Below are positions 42,394-51,965 of a DNA stretch of 64,000 nt, piece by piece. A program made the translations under genes and the position numbers. The notes beneath the pieces were generated by a model that searched no databases, had not been told where the DNA came from, and was given only the letters and a program-made list of their open reading frames with translations. The number at the start of each line of letters is the position of its first letter. Within the stretch, counting starts at the first letter, position 1. This DNA comes from Candidatus Micrarchaeota archaeon. Its GTDB lineage: Archaea; Micrarchaeota; Micrarchaeia; Anstonellales; Anstonellaceae. The stretch lies in the NCBI GenBank assembly GCA_026413965.1, contig JAOAJY010000001.1, positions 57,642-121,641 on the forward strand. The letters run 5' to 3'.

Positions 42394-43029
42394 TCAAAAA
42401 ACCTGTCCGCTCTCCTGGAAATCCTCATAAGCCAAGTCGTTGAACGCGTATATTATCTTGCCTTTCAGCGAGTCCATGGCTTGCTGCCCTGAGGCAAACT
42501 CCTGGATTGCCTCTTTTGAGTGGTCTGCCACAAAGCTTTTCCCTCGGAATTGGAAAAGGACGTAGGAATTCCGTGTGTCGGTGACGAAAACCTTGGCGTT
42601 TTCAGAGCCCAAAGCCCGCAGGATAGAGCAGAGGAAGATGGATTTGTCAATCTCGTCGCCTGCCATAAGCTCCTTAATCTCTGAGAAAGAAAGCCAGAAA
42701 GAAACAGGGGCAGAGACGGTCTTGAAGGCTGAAACGTGCTTGAAAGCCATCTTGGCGCAATCCAGGAAATGCTCAGAATAAACGTATGGATGGAAGCTTT
42801 CTGTTATGGCTTCTTTCAGCTCAACAACACAAGCGTCCTTGGGATTCACCATGCTTTTCAAATCGGAGACCGATTTGGTCTCGGACTCCTCTATTTTTTC
42901 CCGGTATCGCTCAATTATGAGCCGGCAAAGCCTAAGCTTGAGCTCATCGTCAGAGGGCGGAGAGGAAGCTGGAGGGCTGGATGGCGGGCTTTTTGGCTTT
43001 TTTGCCAAAAGCCTAAGCAAATCTTCCAT
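42394..43029 (-). CDS. Hypothetical protein, weakly transglutaminase-like
   Basis: GDEIDKSIFLCSILRALGSENAKVFV resembles the Cys-containing core of transglutaminase-like proteins. This similarity is unverified. Confidence 0.4.
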   Translation of the reverse strand: MEDLLRLLAKKPKSPPSSPPASSPPSDDELKLRLCRLIIERYREKIEESETKSVSDLKSMVNPKDACVVELKEAITESFHPYVYSEHFLDCAKMAFKHVSAFKTVSAPVSFWLSFSEIKELMAGDEIDKSIFLCSILRALGSENAKVFVTDTRNSYVLFQFRGKSFVADHSKEAIQEFASGQQAMDSLKGKIIYAFNDLAYEDFQESGQVF

Positions 43030-43089
43030 GCATGCCGATTTTTCTTCTCAGGCTTATAACTTTTGTGGTAAGGAGCGGTTTTTGGGCTG

Positions 43090-45294
43090 TCAGACATAGT
43101 CTGAGCATACCGGCGCGAATGGATTTCCGCAGTAAAACACAGCCGCAGCCTGATTGTTTGTGTAGTCAATTTCCTGTATGCTGGGGTTCCTTGGCAGGTT
43201 GGCTTCTGCAACCACCCTTTTCAGCCCTGCTGACGAGCATATGCAGGTGAATGACAATGGGGAGGAAGTTTGCCCGGCGTTGAGCGGAGGGGTTTGCCGC
43301 ACCTGGTCCTCGCCGTTTGCGGTGCAGTTTGCCCCAAACAAGGTGGTGCTGGACGGTACCGACACGTTCTGGTTCCCCTTGTTTGCGACACTGAGGCTTA
43401 TGCTGAGGCTTCCGCCAATCGGAGTTATGATGCGCGATGGAGACATGCCTGATATTACGTAGTCAGGGCCTATTCCTTGGACCACCAAGACGGGATTGGC
43501 GCAGGAAAGTGATGGGAAGCGGGCATCCTCGCTTGATGCGTTGATTCTTCCTGATTGGGGAACTGGCGCGTTTTGTGTAGAGAAATTGGTGGTGGGGCGA
43601 ATCATGCTAGGAGTCCGCTCAGGATTGAGCCTTCCGCCAATTATGTTGGTTGACCAAATCAGCCGCGGGCAGCCCACAAGCCCAGGAACCCCGGTTTTGG
43701 TGCAGTTTGCCTCAACCAAAGCCCAGTCATTTGGAAGAAACAGGTTGGAATGGTTCACCAGCCCGCACACCATTCGGTCAGGACGGGGGGAGAACAGAAG
43801 CAGGACCTCGCATGATGCTGAGCACTCCTCCGCATTCGCGCAGGATATTGCTATTTTTCCTGGCTGCACTGATGGCGGCTCGGCGGAAGGAGAGGTGAAA
43901 AGCGAAAAGACTGGCGAGGGAGCAGCAGGCGTGGAGCTGGGATTGAGAGATGCGCCTGTCAGGTTGGTTGTCCAGTTGAGAGCAGGGCACAAGTCAAGAT
44001 CGCCATTTTTGATGCATGAGGCTTTCACTTGCGCAGTCTCATTTGGGAAGAAAACAGGCCCGTGATTGACAAGCTCGCATGAAAGAGCGTATGCGCTTGC
44101 CTCAGACACCCTGACCTTCACTGCAAGCGCCGTGCTGTTGTTGCAGTCCTTCAAGCCAGTGTTTGTGCAGTCAGGAGAAGTGGTTTTTGACCGGATGTCC
44201 AGAACCAAGTCATACGTTCCAGGAGGAGTGCCCTGCGGCACAAAAACCGTGCCGTTGATTTGCCTGCTTGAGCCTGCAGGAACCACAAAAGGCAGGCTGG
44301 GCGAGGATATTTGAAGGTTGGAGAAAGTGCTCCCTGCAAGCGAGATTGAGCTTACTGAAAGGTTCCTGTTCGCCCCGTTGTTTAGGGTGAAGCTGAATGA
44401 GACTGCTTTGCCTGGGGTTGTGGATACGGTGGGCGCAGGCGAGGACGGATAAAGCGAGCAGGAGAATGGATTTTCCACTCTGAGGTAGGCTGTTTCGCTG
44501 GAGAATTCCGGGCTGAAACTGTCATTTATTACTGCATAGACTGTAGAGATGCGATTGAGGCTCGGATTGACTATATTCCTGATGGGGGCTACGCACCTGT
44601 TTATGTCTATCACGCCTCTTACTGCGTGCTGGCCAAGAGGCAACACCAAATCATTTTTGGAAAATGAGCCTGTGAAAGGCCGGGAGTATTCGGTGTTGCC
44701 CACAATGATTTTGCCGGTTGCGTCGCAAATCATGCCTATGAAAGCCTGGTATTTTTGCCCGTTGTTGTAAAATCCATAGGGATTGCCGCCATTTCCCATG
44801 TGCTGGCGGTATTTTATGCCGACCTCTTTTTCATAAGAAGAATAATCCGTTATGCCTATGGAGGCAAGGTAGTTTTGCCATGTTTGATTCGGGCTCCATT
44901 CCCATTTTCTTGGAACTCCTGAATCGGCAAATTGTCTCAAGCTTTGCACTTGCTGGGTGGTGGACCAGCGGATGGGGTAAATGCCTCCAGGCTGGTTGTA
45001 GGCGGAAATCGGATCGTTTTGGGAAAGGGCTCCGCTTGCTGTCCCTCCTTCAAAGATGCTCGGGTTTATCCGCCAGCCTCCAGAGGAAGTTAGATTTATT
45101 TGGGTTGGGCTTCCTGCGCAGACGCTTTCAGGAACCGAGATGGTTGGAAGGGCATCCATATCGCTTTTCAGATAAGTATTGTTCTCCGGGCTTTGTGTTT
45201 TCCAATGCATAGCGAATTGCGCAGAAGCGGAGAAGACTGCTTGTGAAAGCAAAGCGCAGGCAAGGCAAAGAAAAAAAATTCTGCTCTCCCTCAT
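43090..45294 (-). CDS. Large secreted surface/adhesin-like protein (internal Cys-containing repeats, CARDB-like C-terminal region)
   Basis: The signal peptide is MRESRIFFLCLACALLSQAVFSASA. The module C.LVNH..(F/L)F.PN..A.V.A.C.K.G...CP.L.W(T/S)TN..G..LNP is duplicated. The tail reads EIDYTNNQAAAVFYC. The start was set at the ATG at 45294. Confidence 0.65.
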   Translation of the reverse strand: MRESRIFFLCLACALLSQAVFSASAQFAMHWKTQSPENNTYLKSDMDALPTISVPESVCAGSPTQINLTSSGGWRINPSIFEGGTASGALSQNDPISAYNQPGGIYPIRWSTTQQVQSLRQFADSGVPRKWEWSPNQTWQNYLASIGITDYSSYEKEVGIKYRQHMGNGGNPYGFYNNGQKYQAFIGMICDATGKIIVGNTEYSRPFTGSFSKNDLVLPLGQHAVRGVIDINRCVAPIRNIVNPSLNRISTVYAVINDSFSPEFSSETAYLRVENPFSCSLYPSSPAPTVSTTPGKAVSFSFTLNNGANRNLSVSSISLAGSTFSNLQISSPSLPFVVPAGSSRQINGTVFVPQGTPPGTYDLVLDIRSKTTSPDCTNTGLKDCNNSTALAVKVRVSEASAYALSCELVNHGPVFFPNETAQVKASCIKNGDLDLCPALNWTTNLTGASLNPSSTPAAPSPVFSLFTSPSAEPPSVQPGKIAISCANAEECSASCEVLLLFSPRPDRMVCGLVNHSNLFLPNDWALVEANCTKTGVPGLVGCPRLIWSTNIIGGRLNPERTPSMIRPTTNFSTQNAPVPQSGRINASSEDARFPSLSCANPVLVVQGIGPDYVISGMSPSRIITPIGGSLSISLSVANKGNQNVSVPSSTTLFGANCTANGEDQVRQTPPLNAGQTSSPLSFTCICSSAGLKRVVAEANLPRNPSIQEIDYTNNQAAAVFYCGNPFAPVCSDYV

Positions 45295-45302
45295 GAAACC
45301 CA

Positions 45303-48300
45303 CTAGCGCTGCGGGTAAGACCGTGTGTAACTCGCCCCGCCTCCAAGAACTAAAGGAATTGGAATTCCTACTGTGACATAGTATTGGGTAGAATTCCCTT
45401 TCCCAAAACTTACACTAGGAGTAATTTTGAACTCCCATACATTTATGTCTGCTCCTACTCCGGCCTGCAAATGGAAATCATTCAAATTAGATCCCCCAAA
45501 CTGCGCGCTGGTAGTAACATATGGGTTAACCGGGCCTTGTTTATGCTGAATAGTTCCTAGTAGCGTGGCAGTTGGGGGAAGGGGCATATTGAGAGCTTGG
45601 TTCAATCCTGCTTGGACTATCACATCTAGCTTGTCATAAATCTCAAATCTTTTTGTGGCATTAAGATTCAAAGACACTGTGGATGATTGGTAGCTGTATG
45701 ATTCATTTGTGGCGGGCGAAGTGGAAGAATAACTTGTACGATCAACACTTAACCCAACACCAACTAGAAGGTTTTGCGGAACGTTGAACCACATCAGAGC
45801 CGCCTTTCTAGCATACCGTTCAAAATTGGTTTCCTGCCCTAAAAAGACCACCTTGCCGGTATTTACATCTATGCCGACATTAAGGAGGATGTTGTTGTTT
45901 GTATCAACTTGGTAGATTCCTCCGGTGAACTCAACGTGGTGGCTGCGGACTGAAAATTTTATGTAATTGGAAAGTTCTTTAAAGTTATTTAGCTGTATGG
46001 TCTGCTGACCAAACTGCGAATTTTTGAAAAGCTCTGAATCTTCCCTGATACGCTTCCGCGCTTCTTGGAACTTGCCTTGCTCCAAGAGCGAAAAGTATTG
46101 TGTTAGCTTGTCAATGCTACCATCAAATGCGTTAAGCCAGGCCTCATCGTTTTTCACACGAATAAAAACATCATGTATCATGTTCTTAAATTTATCATCT
46201 GGCAGTTTGTTCTTATTCATTAATTCATAGTAATAATTTATCGCTTTGTTGAGGTCGGTTATATTTTCAAATCCAAAAGTGTCTAACAGGCTTGAAGAAT
46301 AACCCACAATGCCGTTGAACTTTTGAAAATTGATAGACAGTTGGTAATCAAACTGTGGTTGGATGCGTGGAATCTCAAGGGGGACAACATTCTGGATATC
46401 ATCTTTTGGAAATTCAATTGTTGGAACTGTTTTCAACGTAAGCTGCTTTTTCGTGCTCCAGACCGGCTTTGTTGCCAAGCCTTCACTGGTTTCTGCATAA
46501 GCAATGAATCTGCCATCCAAGATAGGCGTATTGGCAAACAGCTCTGATTTCACAGACCACTTCTCAGGTTCTTTTCCATTTTTATTGACGAGCAAAAGGT
46601 GCCCAGGATCAACTCGGAAAACTTGCTTTTCGCCATCATTGCGCACAAATTTGACATATTCTGAAGGGACCTCATAAAGCTTGTCCTCCTCGCCGGAATG
46701 CAGCTTGCCGTAAAAGAAAACCTTAAGCTTGTCTTTTTCATGGTTGAATTGGAGCGGAATGCCGTTTAAGCTGTATTGCACTGAAAGCTCCACAGTGTTT
46801 CTCTCAGGCTGAGATATCTCTATATCCAAAGCATATTTACCTTCAATGGAAGAGCTGATTGACCTGCCGCCTCGGGCAGTGAGGGCAACGACAAAAGCGT
46901 TTTGGTTTTTCTCATCGCGCATGCCTTCCTTGGAGGCGTCTTTTCTCATGAAGTAATTTGACAGTTTTGAGATGCTATTTTCATCTGCTTTCATTGAATA
47001 CCTGCCTGTTTGCTGGTTGTATAAGACCACGTCATTGAGCTTGCTATAGCACGATACCGCGTCTAGATAGCCCTCCTTTTTCAAATTTTCCAAATCGTGC
47101 ATAAAGTTGTTGAAGTTGTCGGCTGCCTCCTGCTTGTTGAATCCGTAGCGCTTTGATAGGAGATCTTCAAAAGACTTGAATCCGGATATTTTGTTTGCCT
47201 TCAAAAACTTATCAAAAGCTGCCCTTTGGCTGCTGCTGAGGGAGCTTGAATTTGGAAGGTTCTCTTGGAAAAATTGGACTTTTGCCCTGGTTTCATATTT
47301 TATGAAATCTTTGCCCATTTCTATTAATTTTCCATTCACCTCTTGCAGATAACTTTCGCATTTGCTTGCCCTTTTGAGAGCCAGCTGGTAGTTTTTCTCA
47401 GCCTGGTCCAAAAATTCGCTTAGATTCTTGCCATTATAAATCAGCTCCATTGTTGCACTGCCAGTGAACGTGAAAACTATGTTACTTTGGTTGCATTTTT
47501 TCACAAAATCCTGCCCTTCTTCACTTGCAAAAAAAATGGCAAGCTCGTCCTGGTTTGAGTTTCTGTTTCTACCTACAATATCCTGGTTTGAGTTTATGTT
47601 TCTCTTTACAATATTGTCGTAATCGTATCCCATGGACAAAGCAATCTTCTTGACTTGCCCCCTTACTGCGAACTTGGGGCTATATTCCGCATCAATTTCT
47701 TCTGAGGTGAACTTCCTGCTGTACTTCAATTGGTGTAACATTTGCGACTTTGACTTGCCTTCTGTTGTTTCTTTTTGGTGGTAAGGTAATAGGTTGTTGA
47801 TGGCGTCCTGGATCAACATTCTGCCGGCGGCGTCTTGGTTGGTTTGCAACTCTGCAGAAATTTTGTAGGGAATTGATGATGTTGTGCCATATTCAGATGT
47901 TGTAGAAGTGGGATGTTTGGTCGGAACATGCACCTTTTCATCTATTTCAGCACGTCTTGGGCGAAAGTAGAGAGATATTGCATGCTTGCTGTTTCCAAGA
48001 TTGACATATTGGTTCTGTGAGTTGTCTATTATTGTCTCAACCATCTTGCCAAACTCCTTGTAGGCTGAAAAAGAGTATTCCCCACCCTCTCCGAAAGTGC
48101 CATTTGGATTGATCAGGTATTGCGCAAGAACCTGGTATTTGTTTTGCTTGACATAATCCAGAATTTCTTTTTTCCCTTTCAGTTCTTTCAGCTTTTCTTC
48201 GTATGCGATTATGGAAAAACTATAATTAGGGTCTGAAAGAAGAGAACGTATGAAATAGCCGAGATTTTCCTTTTTATTCATGCCAACTGAAACCATTTCG

Positions 48301-48707
48301 CCTTCCGTGAGCCTTCTGTTTTCTGCTAATTTGTTTTGCGCTTCAGCCAGCTTTTTTACTGACTCATGCCCGAGCTTGTACAATTCTACGCATTTTATGT
48401 AGTTTTTGGCTTTTTGAAGCTCAACTTCATCAGGCTCACCAAGCTGCGCCTGCAAGCTGATGCCTTTGCCGCCAAGCCAATCCTGCCAAGCCTTGCAGAA
48501 AGCAAGAGCGCGCCCGTAATCCTTGTCTGCCTTTTTTGAGCCCAAGCCTGAGATGAAGCTTTGAAGAGAAACGGAAAAATTTTTGAGGCTGGCGGCATCG
48601 TTTTGTTTTCCTTGCCTATGCAAATTGTAGAACTCGTCCTGCAAAGATGACAGCTGCGCTGCAATAGAGGTGCTTTGATCCTGCTGCGCCCTGAACGCTT
48701 GACCCAT
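45303..48707 (-). CDS. Giant orphan protein (1134 aa), low GC, no N-terminal signal peptide, beta-strand-rich C-terminal region
   Basis: It is the longest uninterrupted ORF in the window. A hand count of 46201-46260 gives 19/60 G+C, while the 5' end (48400-48707) is GC-normal. The C-terminal 200 aa or so show alternating hydrophobic/polar strands (WEFKITPSVSF, QYYVTVGIPI). Confidence 0.7.
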   Translation of the reverse strand: MGQAFRAQQDQSTSIAAQLSSLQDEFYNLHRQGKQNDAASLKNFSVSLQSFISGLGSKKADKDYGRALAFCKAWQDWLGGKGISLQAQLGEPDEVELQKAKNYIKCVELYKLGHESVKKLAEAQNKLAENRRLTEGEMVSVGMNKKENLGYFIRSLLSDPNYSFSIIAYEEKLKELKGKKEILDYVKQNKYQVLAQYLINPNGTFGEGGEYSFSAYKEFGKMVETIIDNSQNQYVNLGNSKHAISLYFRPRRAEIDEKVHVPTKHPTSTTSEYGTTSSIPYKISAELQTNQDAAGRMLIQDAINNLLPYHQKETTEGKSKSQMLHQLKYSRKFTSEEIDAEYSPKFAVRGQVKKIALSMGYDYDNIVKRNINSNQDIVGRNRNSNQDELAIFFASEEGQDFVKKCNQSNIVFTFTGSATMELIYNGKNLSEFLDQAEKNYQLALKRASKCESYLQEVNGKLIEMGKDFIKYETRAKVQFFQENLPNSSSLSSSQRAAFDKFLKANKISGFKSFEDLLSKRYGFNKQEAADNFNNFMHDLENLKKEGYLDAVSCYSKLNDVVLYNQQTGRYSMKADENSISKLSNYFMRKDASKEGMRDEKNQNAFVVALTARGGRSISSSIEGKYALDIEISQPERNTVELSVQYSLNGIPLQFNHEKDKLKVFFYGKLHSGEEDKLYEVPSEYVKFVRNDGEKQVFRVDPGHLLLVNKNGKEPEKWSVKSELFANTPILDGRFIAYAETSEGLATKPVWSTKKQLTLKTVPTIEFPKDDIQNVVPLEIPRIQPQFDYQLSINFQKFNGIVGYSSSLLDTFGFENITDLNKAINYYYELMNKNKLPDDKFKNMIHDVFIRVKNDEAWLNAFDGSIDKLTQYFSLLEQGKFQEARKRIREDSELFKNSQFGQQTIQLNNFKELSNYIKFSVRSHHVEFTGGIYQVDTNNNILLNVGIDVNTGKVVFLGQETNFERYARKAALMWFNVPQNLLVGVGLSVDRTSYSSTSPATNESYSYQSSTVSLNLNATKRFEIYDKLDVIVQAGLNQALNMPLPPTATLLGTIQHKQGPVNPYVTTSAQFGGSNLNDFHLQAGVGADINVWEFKITPSVSFGKGNSTQYYVTVGIPIPLVLGGGASYTRSYPQR
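47548..47613. repeat. 33-bp tandem duplication inside the giant ORF
   Basis: tcctggtttgagtttctgtttctacctacaata is followed by tcctggtttgagtttatgtttctctttacaata (4 mismatches). The copies encode KRNINSNQDIV and GRNRNSNQDEL. Confidence 0.85.
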
Positions 48708-48744
48708 CGGCTCACCTATTTTTTTGCATTTTTTCTATTTATAA

Positions 48745-49953
48745 CTATTTGCTTGCTTCCAATATCTTGACCCCTGGCAGCTCCTCGCCTGAGAGGTATT
48801 CTATCAGGGCTTTGCCTGCCAAGGAGACGTATCCGAGCCTCTTGCGGCTTATCTTGAACTTGTCCAAAGCTGAAAGAGTGTGCCCCCCGCCTACGACCGA
48901 GAAGGCTTTGCTTGACTGGACTGCTTGAAGTATCTTTTTTGTCCCGTATTCTGACTCTGGCTTCTCATAGACTCCTGCTGGGCCATTCACAAGCACGGTT
49001 TTTGCCGAAAGGATTTTCCTTGCGTAAAGCTGCGCAGTCTTTCTCCCTATATCCACTATAAGCCCGTCTGAAGGAAGCTTTGAGATGGCAAGCTCTTTCC
49101 TTTTTCCTGATATTGACACAGCGACATCCTGAGGAAAGAGTATCTTCCTTTTGTGTTTGGCAAGAAGCTCCCGCGCGGCAGGCAGATATTCTGTCGCCTT
49201 GGACTCTTTGAGAAAATCAAGCGTTTTGCCAAGCTCCTTTCCAGAGGCAAGGATGAAAAGCTCGCCCAAAACACCGCAGGTGAGGGCGAAGTCCAATTTG
49301 CCTTCTGAAAGCCATTTTTGCATTATGCCTATGGAATCATCCGGCTTTGCCCCGCCAAATACGAAGACTGCCGGCTTTTTCGGGCTTTTGAGCTTGGAGA
49401 GGGCTTCAAGCTCCTTTTGCATCACCCTGCCTGCCACAACAGGCTTTCTGCGGAAGCCGACTATGGATGCCTGCGCCCGATGGGCGGCCGAGAAGGCATC
49501 CAGCACAAACACGTCGCACAATGGGGAAAGCTCTTTGACTATTGTCGCCTGCTCGTTTTCCTCGATTGTTTTGTGCTTTGTTTCATCATCCAAGAACCGC
49601 ACATTCTCAAGGAGCAGGATTTCGCCTGGCTTGAGCCCCATTATCGCCTCCTTTGCTTTGCTGCCGCACACATCACCCACGAATTTCACCGGCTTTCCTG
49701 CCTCCTCTTGAAGAAGGGAGGCGTGCTGCGACAGCGATATGCAGTCATAATCGCCTTTCCTTCCCTGGTGCGCAAGGACCACCACCTTTGCGCCCTTCTC
49801 AGAAAGCTCCTTTATGGTCTGGGCGTGCCCAGCTATCCTGTCGGATTTCTCTACCCTCAGCGTTTTTTCATCCACCGGGCAATTCAGGTCTGCCCTGACA
49901 AAAGCGGTCTTTCCTGAAAAGTCAAAGGTGTCCAAAGTCTGCATAAGCCTCAC
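48745..49953 (-). CDS. pgk: Phosphoglycerate kinase (archaeal type)
   Basis: The 402-aa ORF has VRADLNCPV, VLAHQGR, FVFGGAKPDD, and VVGGGHT. Confidence 0.95.
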   Translation of the reverse strand: MRLMQTLDTFDFSGKTAFVRADLNCPVDEKTLRVEKSDRIAGHAQTIKELSEKGAKVVVLAHQGRKGDYDCISLSQHASLLQEEAGKPVKFVGDVCGSKAKEAIMGLKPGEILLLENVRFLDDETKHKTIEENEQATIVKELSPLCDVFVLDAFSAAHRAQASIVGFRRKPVVAGRVMQKELEALSKLKSPKKPAVFVFGGAKPDDSIGIMQKWLSEGKLDFALTCGVLGELFILASGKELGKTLDFLKESKATEYLPAARELLAKHKRKILFPQDVAVSISGKRKELAISKLPSDGLIVDIGRKTAQLYARKILSAKTVLVNGPAGVYEKPESEYGTKKILQAVQSSKAFSVVGGGHTLSALDKFKISRKRLGYVSLAGKALIEYLSGEELPGVKILEASK

Positions 49954-50032
49954 CCATTAAAACTGGCAGCCAAGCATTTAAACCATTGGCAAAAGGAAAA
50001 AGCCCTTTATTGCTTGCGCGCAAAAACCAGAT

Positions 50033-50824
50033 GTGGAAGGGGAAAACAGGCTATACACCTCTCTTTCGATTGCAGGCGGGTTCTTTTGCCTTGCGGCAGC
50101 CTTGTTCTTCGGCTCAGCGCCAGCCGCAGCTGCAGCCGCGCTCTTCTTTTTCCTCTCGCTTGCCCTATGGAGATACGGGAATGTGCTGGTGCCTGTCTTG
50201 GCGTCTTGGTCAAGGATTGTGGAGGTTGGGAAGGGCTATGAGATACCGCCCTCCCAGGATGTCGTGGTTGGCAGCGTTGGGGGCAGGTTCTTGGCGACTG
50301 CCTTCCTCTCCGCAAGAATCTACGACTCGCCAAGCCAAAAGGACGACAAGGCGAAAACCGCGTCCCTTCTGATGTTTGAGAAAGCGATTTCCTCTGCTGG
50401 ATTCCCTTTCAAAGCCTGCATGCAGGTGTGCAGGCTGGATTTGGCGTCCGAGCTTGAGGAGGTGAAGACAAGGCGGAGCGTGGCTGAGGCAAAGAGGGCG
50501 CAGCTTGACAGCAGCCCCAAGCACGACCCTGAAAGGACAAGGTATGAGCGGGAAATTGCCATGTGGAGCAGGCTTGCTGAAAGGATGGGCGAGGGAGAGA
50601 TGCCTTTGGAGGTGGTGTTCTACTTCTCCACCACAGCGGAAGGAAGGACAAAAGAGGAGGCGATTGCCCGCGCCCGCTCGCAGGCAGACGAGCTTTCTGT
50701 CATGCTCTCAAGCGCGCTGTCATGCGAGGTTTCCAGGCTGAAAGGAGAGGAGATGAAAAGATGCTTTGCGTGGGACTTTTTTGGGCCCACAAGCGCGGAA
50801 GAGATGCGGGACGCAATGTTTTAG
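50033..50824 (+). CDS. Hypothetical membrane protein (two N-terminal TM helices plus a cytoplasmic domain)
   Basis: The 263-aa ORF has a GTG start in the track and no confident family. Confidence 0.45.
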   Translation: MEGENRLYTSLSIAGGFFCLAAALFFGSAPAAAAAALFFFLSLALWRYGNVLVPVLASWSRIVEVGKGYEIPPSQDVVVGSVGGRFLATAFLSARIYDSPSQKDDKAKTASLLMFEKAISSAGFPFKACMQVCRLDLASELEEVKTRRSVAEAKRAQLDSSPKHDPERTRYEREIAMWSRLAERMGEGEMPLEVVFYFSTTAEGRTKEEAIARARSQADELSVMLSSALSCEVSRLKGEEMKRCFAWDFFGPTSAEEMRDAMF

Positions 50825-50852
50825 GCTGCTTTGCGCAAAATATGAAGCTGGG

Positions 50853-51443
50853 CTACTGGGATGGGTTTTCGCCCTTTGCGTACGCCCTGCAGATGCTCCG
50901 GGCGCTTTCTTCTGCAAGCGTCTTGCAGCTTTCCAGGTCTTTTGTGACCATCGCAACCTTGGCAACGCATGATGCTTTGATGGATGAGCTGGCAATCTTT
51001 TCGCAAACAAGAATGTCCTTTGAAGCCAAAGCCAAATCCCTTATGCAGCTGTCTTTCTCCTCGCCAAATTTGGCTGCGCAGCCCTCCTGCTCTTTTTGTG
51101 GCGGCTGTTGCTGCGGTGCAGGCTCGGCAGCCGGGGGCTGCTCGGGCTCATCTGGCAGCGATTCCTCAGCCGGAACATTCTGCAATTGCCTCTTGGCTGA
51201 AGCGTCTGTGGCATGCTTGAGGCAGGCTGCCCTTTTCGCAATATCATCCATCAGATAGCAAAAAGATGGATTCTGCTCCAAAACCGCTTTCCTGTAAATG
51301 CACTCTGCCTGCTTGCTTTGAGGCAGGCTTCTGCATTCCTCCGGAAGAGAAAGCTGGACGCAGCCAAAAACAAGCAGAAAAATGCCACATGCGGCAAAAA
51401 TTGCGGCTTTGGAGGCAGGCATGAGCCAATTTCTCTGCAACAT
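50853..51443 (-). CDS. Secreted or lipoprotein-like Cys-rich helical-repeat protein
   Basis: It has the N-terminal hydrophobic segment AAIFAACGIFLLVFGC, recurring C-x(10-12)-C spacing on both sides, and a P/Q/E-rich linker. Confidence 0.45.
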   Translation of the reverse strand: MLQRNWLMPASKAAIFAACGIFLLVFGCVQLSLPEECRSLPQSKQAECIYRKAVLEQNPSFCYLMDDIAKRAACLKHATDASAKRQLQNVPAEESLPDEPEQPPAAEPAPQQQPPQKEQEGCAAKFGEEKDSCIRDLALASKDILVCEKIASSSIKASCVAKVAMVTKDLESCKTLAEESARSICRAYAKGENPSQ

Positions 51444-51473
51444 TTTAAATTTGTTTAGAGGGAATGTGGAAGC

Positions 51474-51965
51474 ATGCTGCAGAATCTTCTTTACCCGCGC
51501 CAGGTGGTTTTGGTCACGGCTTCCACAAGCGAAAAAAGCAACGTGACTGCGGTGGAGTGGATTATGCCTGTTGCGGAAAAGCCGCCATTGGTGGCGCTCT
51601 CCCTTGCGAACAACTCGCTAACCCTTGACCTGATTTGCACCTCTATGGAATTTGTGGTCTCCATACCTTCTGAGAGGCTGAAGGAAGCCGCAATCCTTTG
51701 CGGAAGCACGTCCGGCAAATACATAGACAAGTTTGAGGAAGCCCGCTTGACCCAGGTGAGGGCGAAAAAGGTCTCTGCGCCCCTTGTCCTTGAGGCTATA
51801 GCCAACTTGGAGTGCAAGGTCCTGTCTTACAACACTTCGGGCGACCACACTGTTGTTGTGGGAGAGGTTGTGGAGGTCCATTTGCCCAAGCAGAATGGCG
51901 AGCAGGAGCCTTTGCTGTTCAACCATGGCGGAAAAAGGCTTTTTGGCTTCAAAAAAGAGGGCTAA
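51474..51965 (+). CDS. Flavin reductase-like FMN-binding domain protein
   Basis: It reads PRQVVLVTAS...NVTAVEWIMPVAEKPPLVALSL...GDHTVVVGEVVEVH. Confidence 0.75.
   Translation: MLQNLLYPRQVVLVTASTSEKSNVTAVEWIMPVAEKPPLVALSLANNSLTLDLICTSMEFVVSIPSERLKEAAILCGSTSGKYIDKFEEARLTQVRAKKVSAPLVLEAIANLECKVLSYNTSGDHTVVVGEVVEVHLPKQNGEQEPLLFNHGGKRLFGFKKEG

Noticed and set aside
45303-48707. The low-GC segment could be called a mobile element or prophage remnant.
   Set aside because: No integrase, transposase, terminal repeats or target-site duplication is visible at either border. Only atypical composition is supported.
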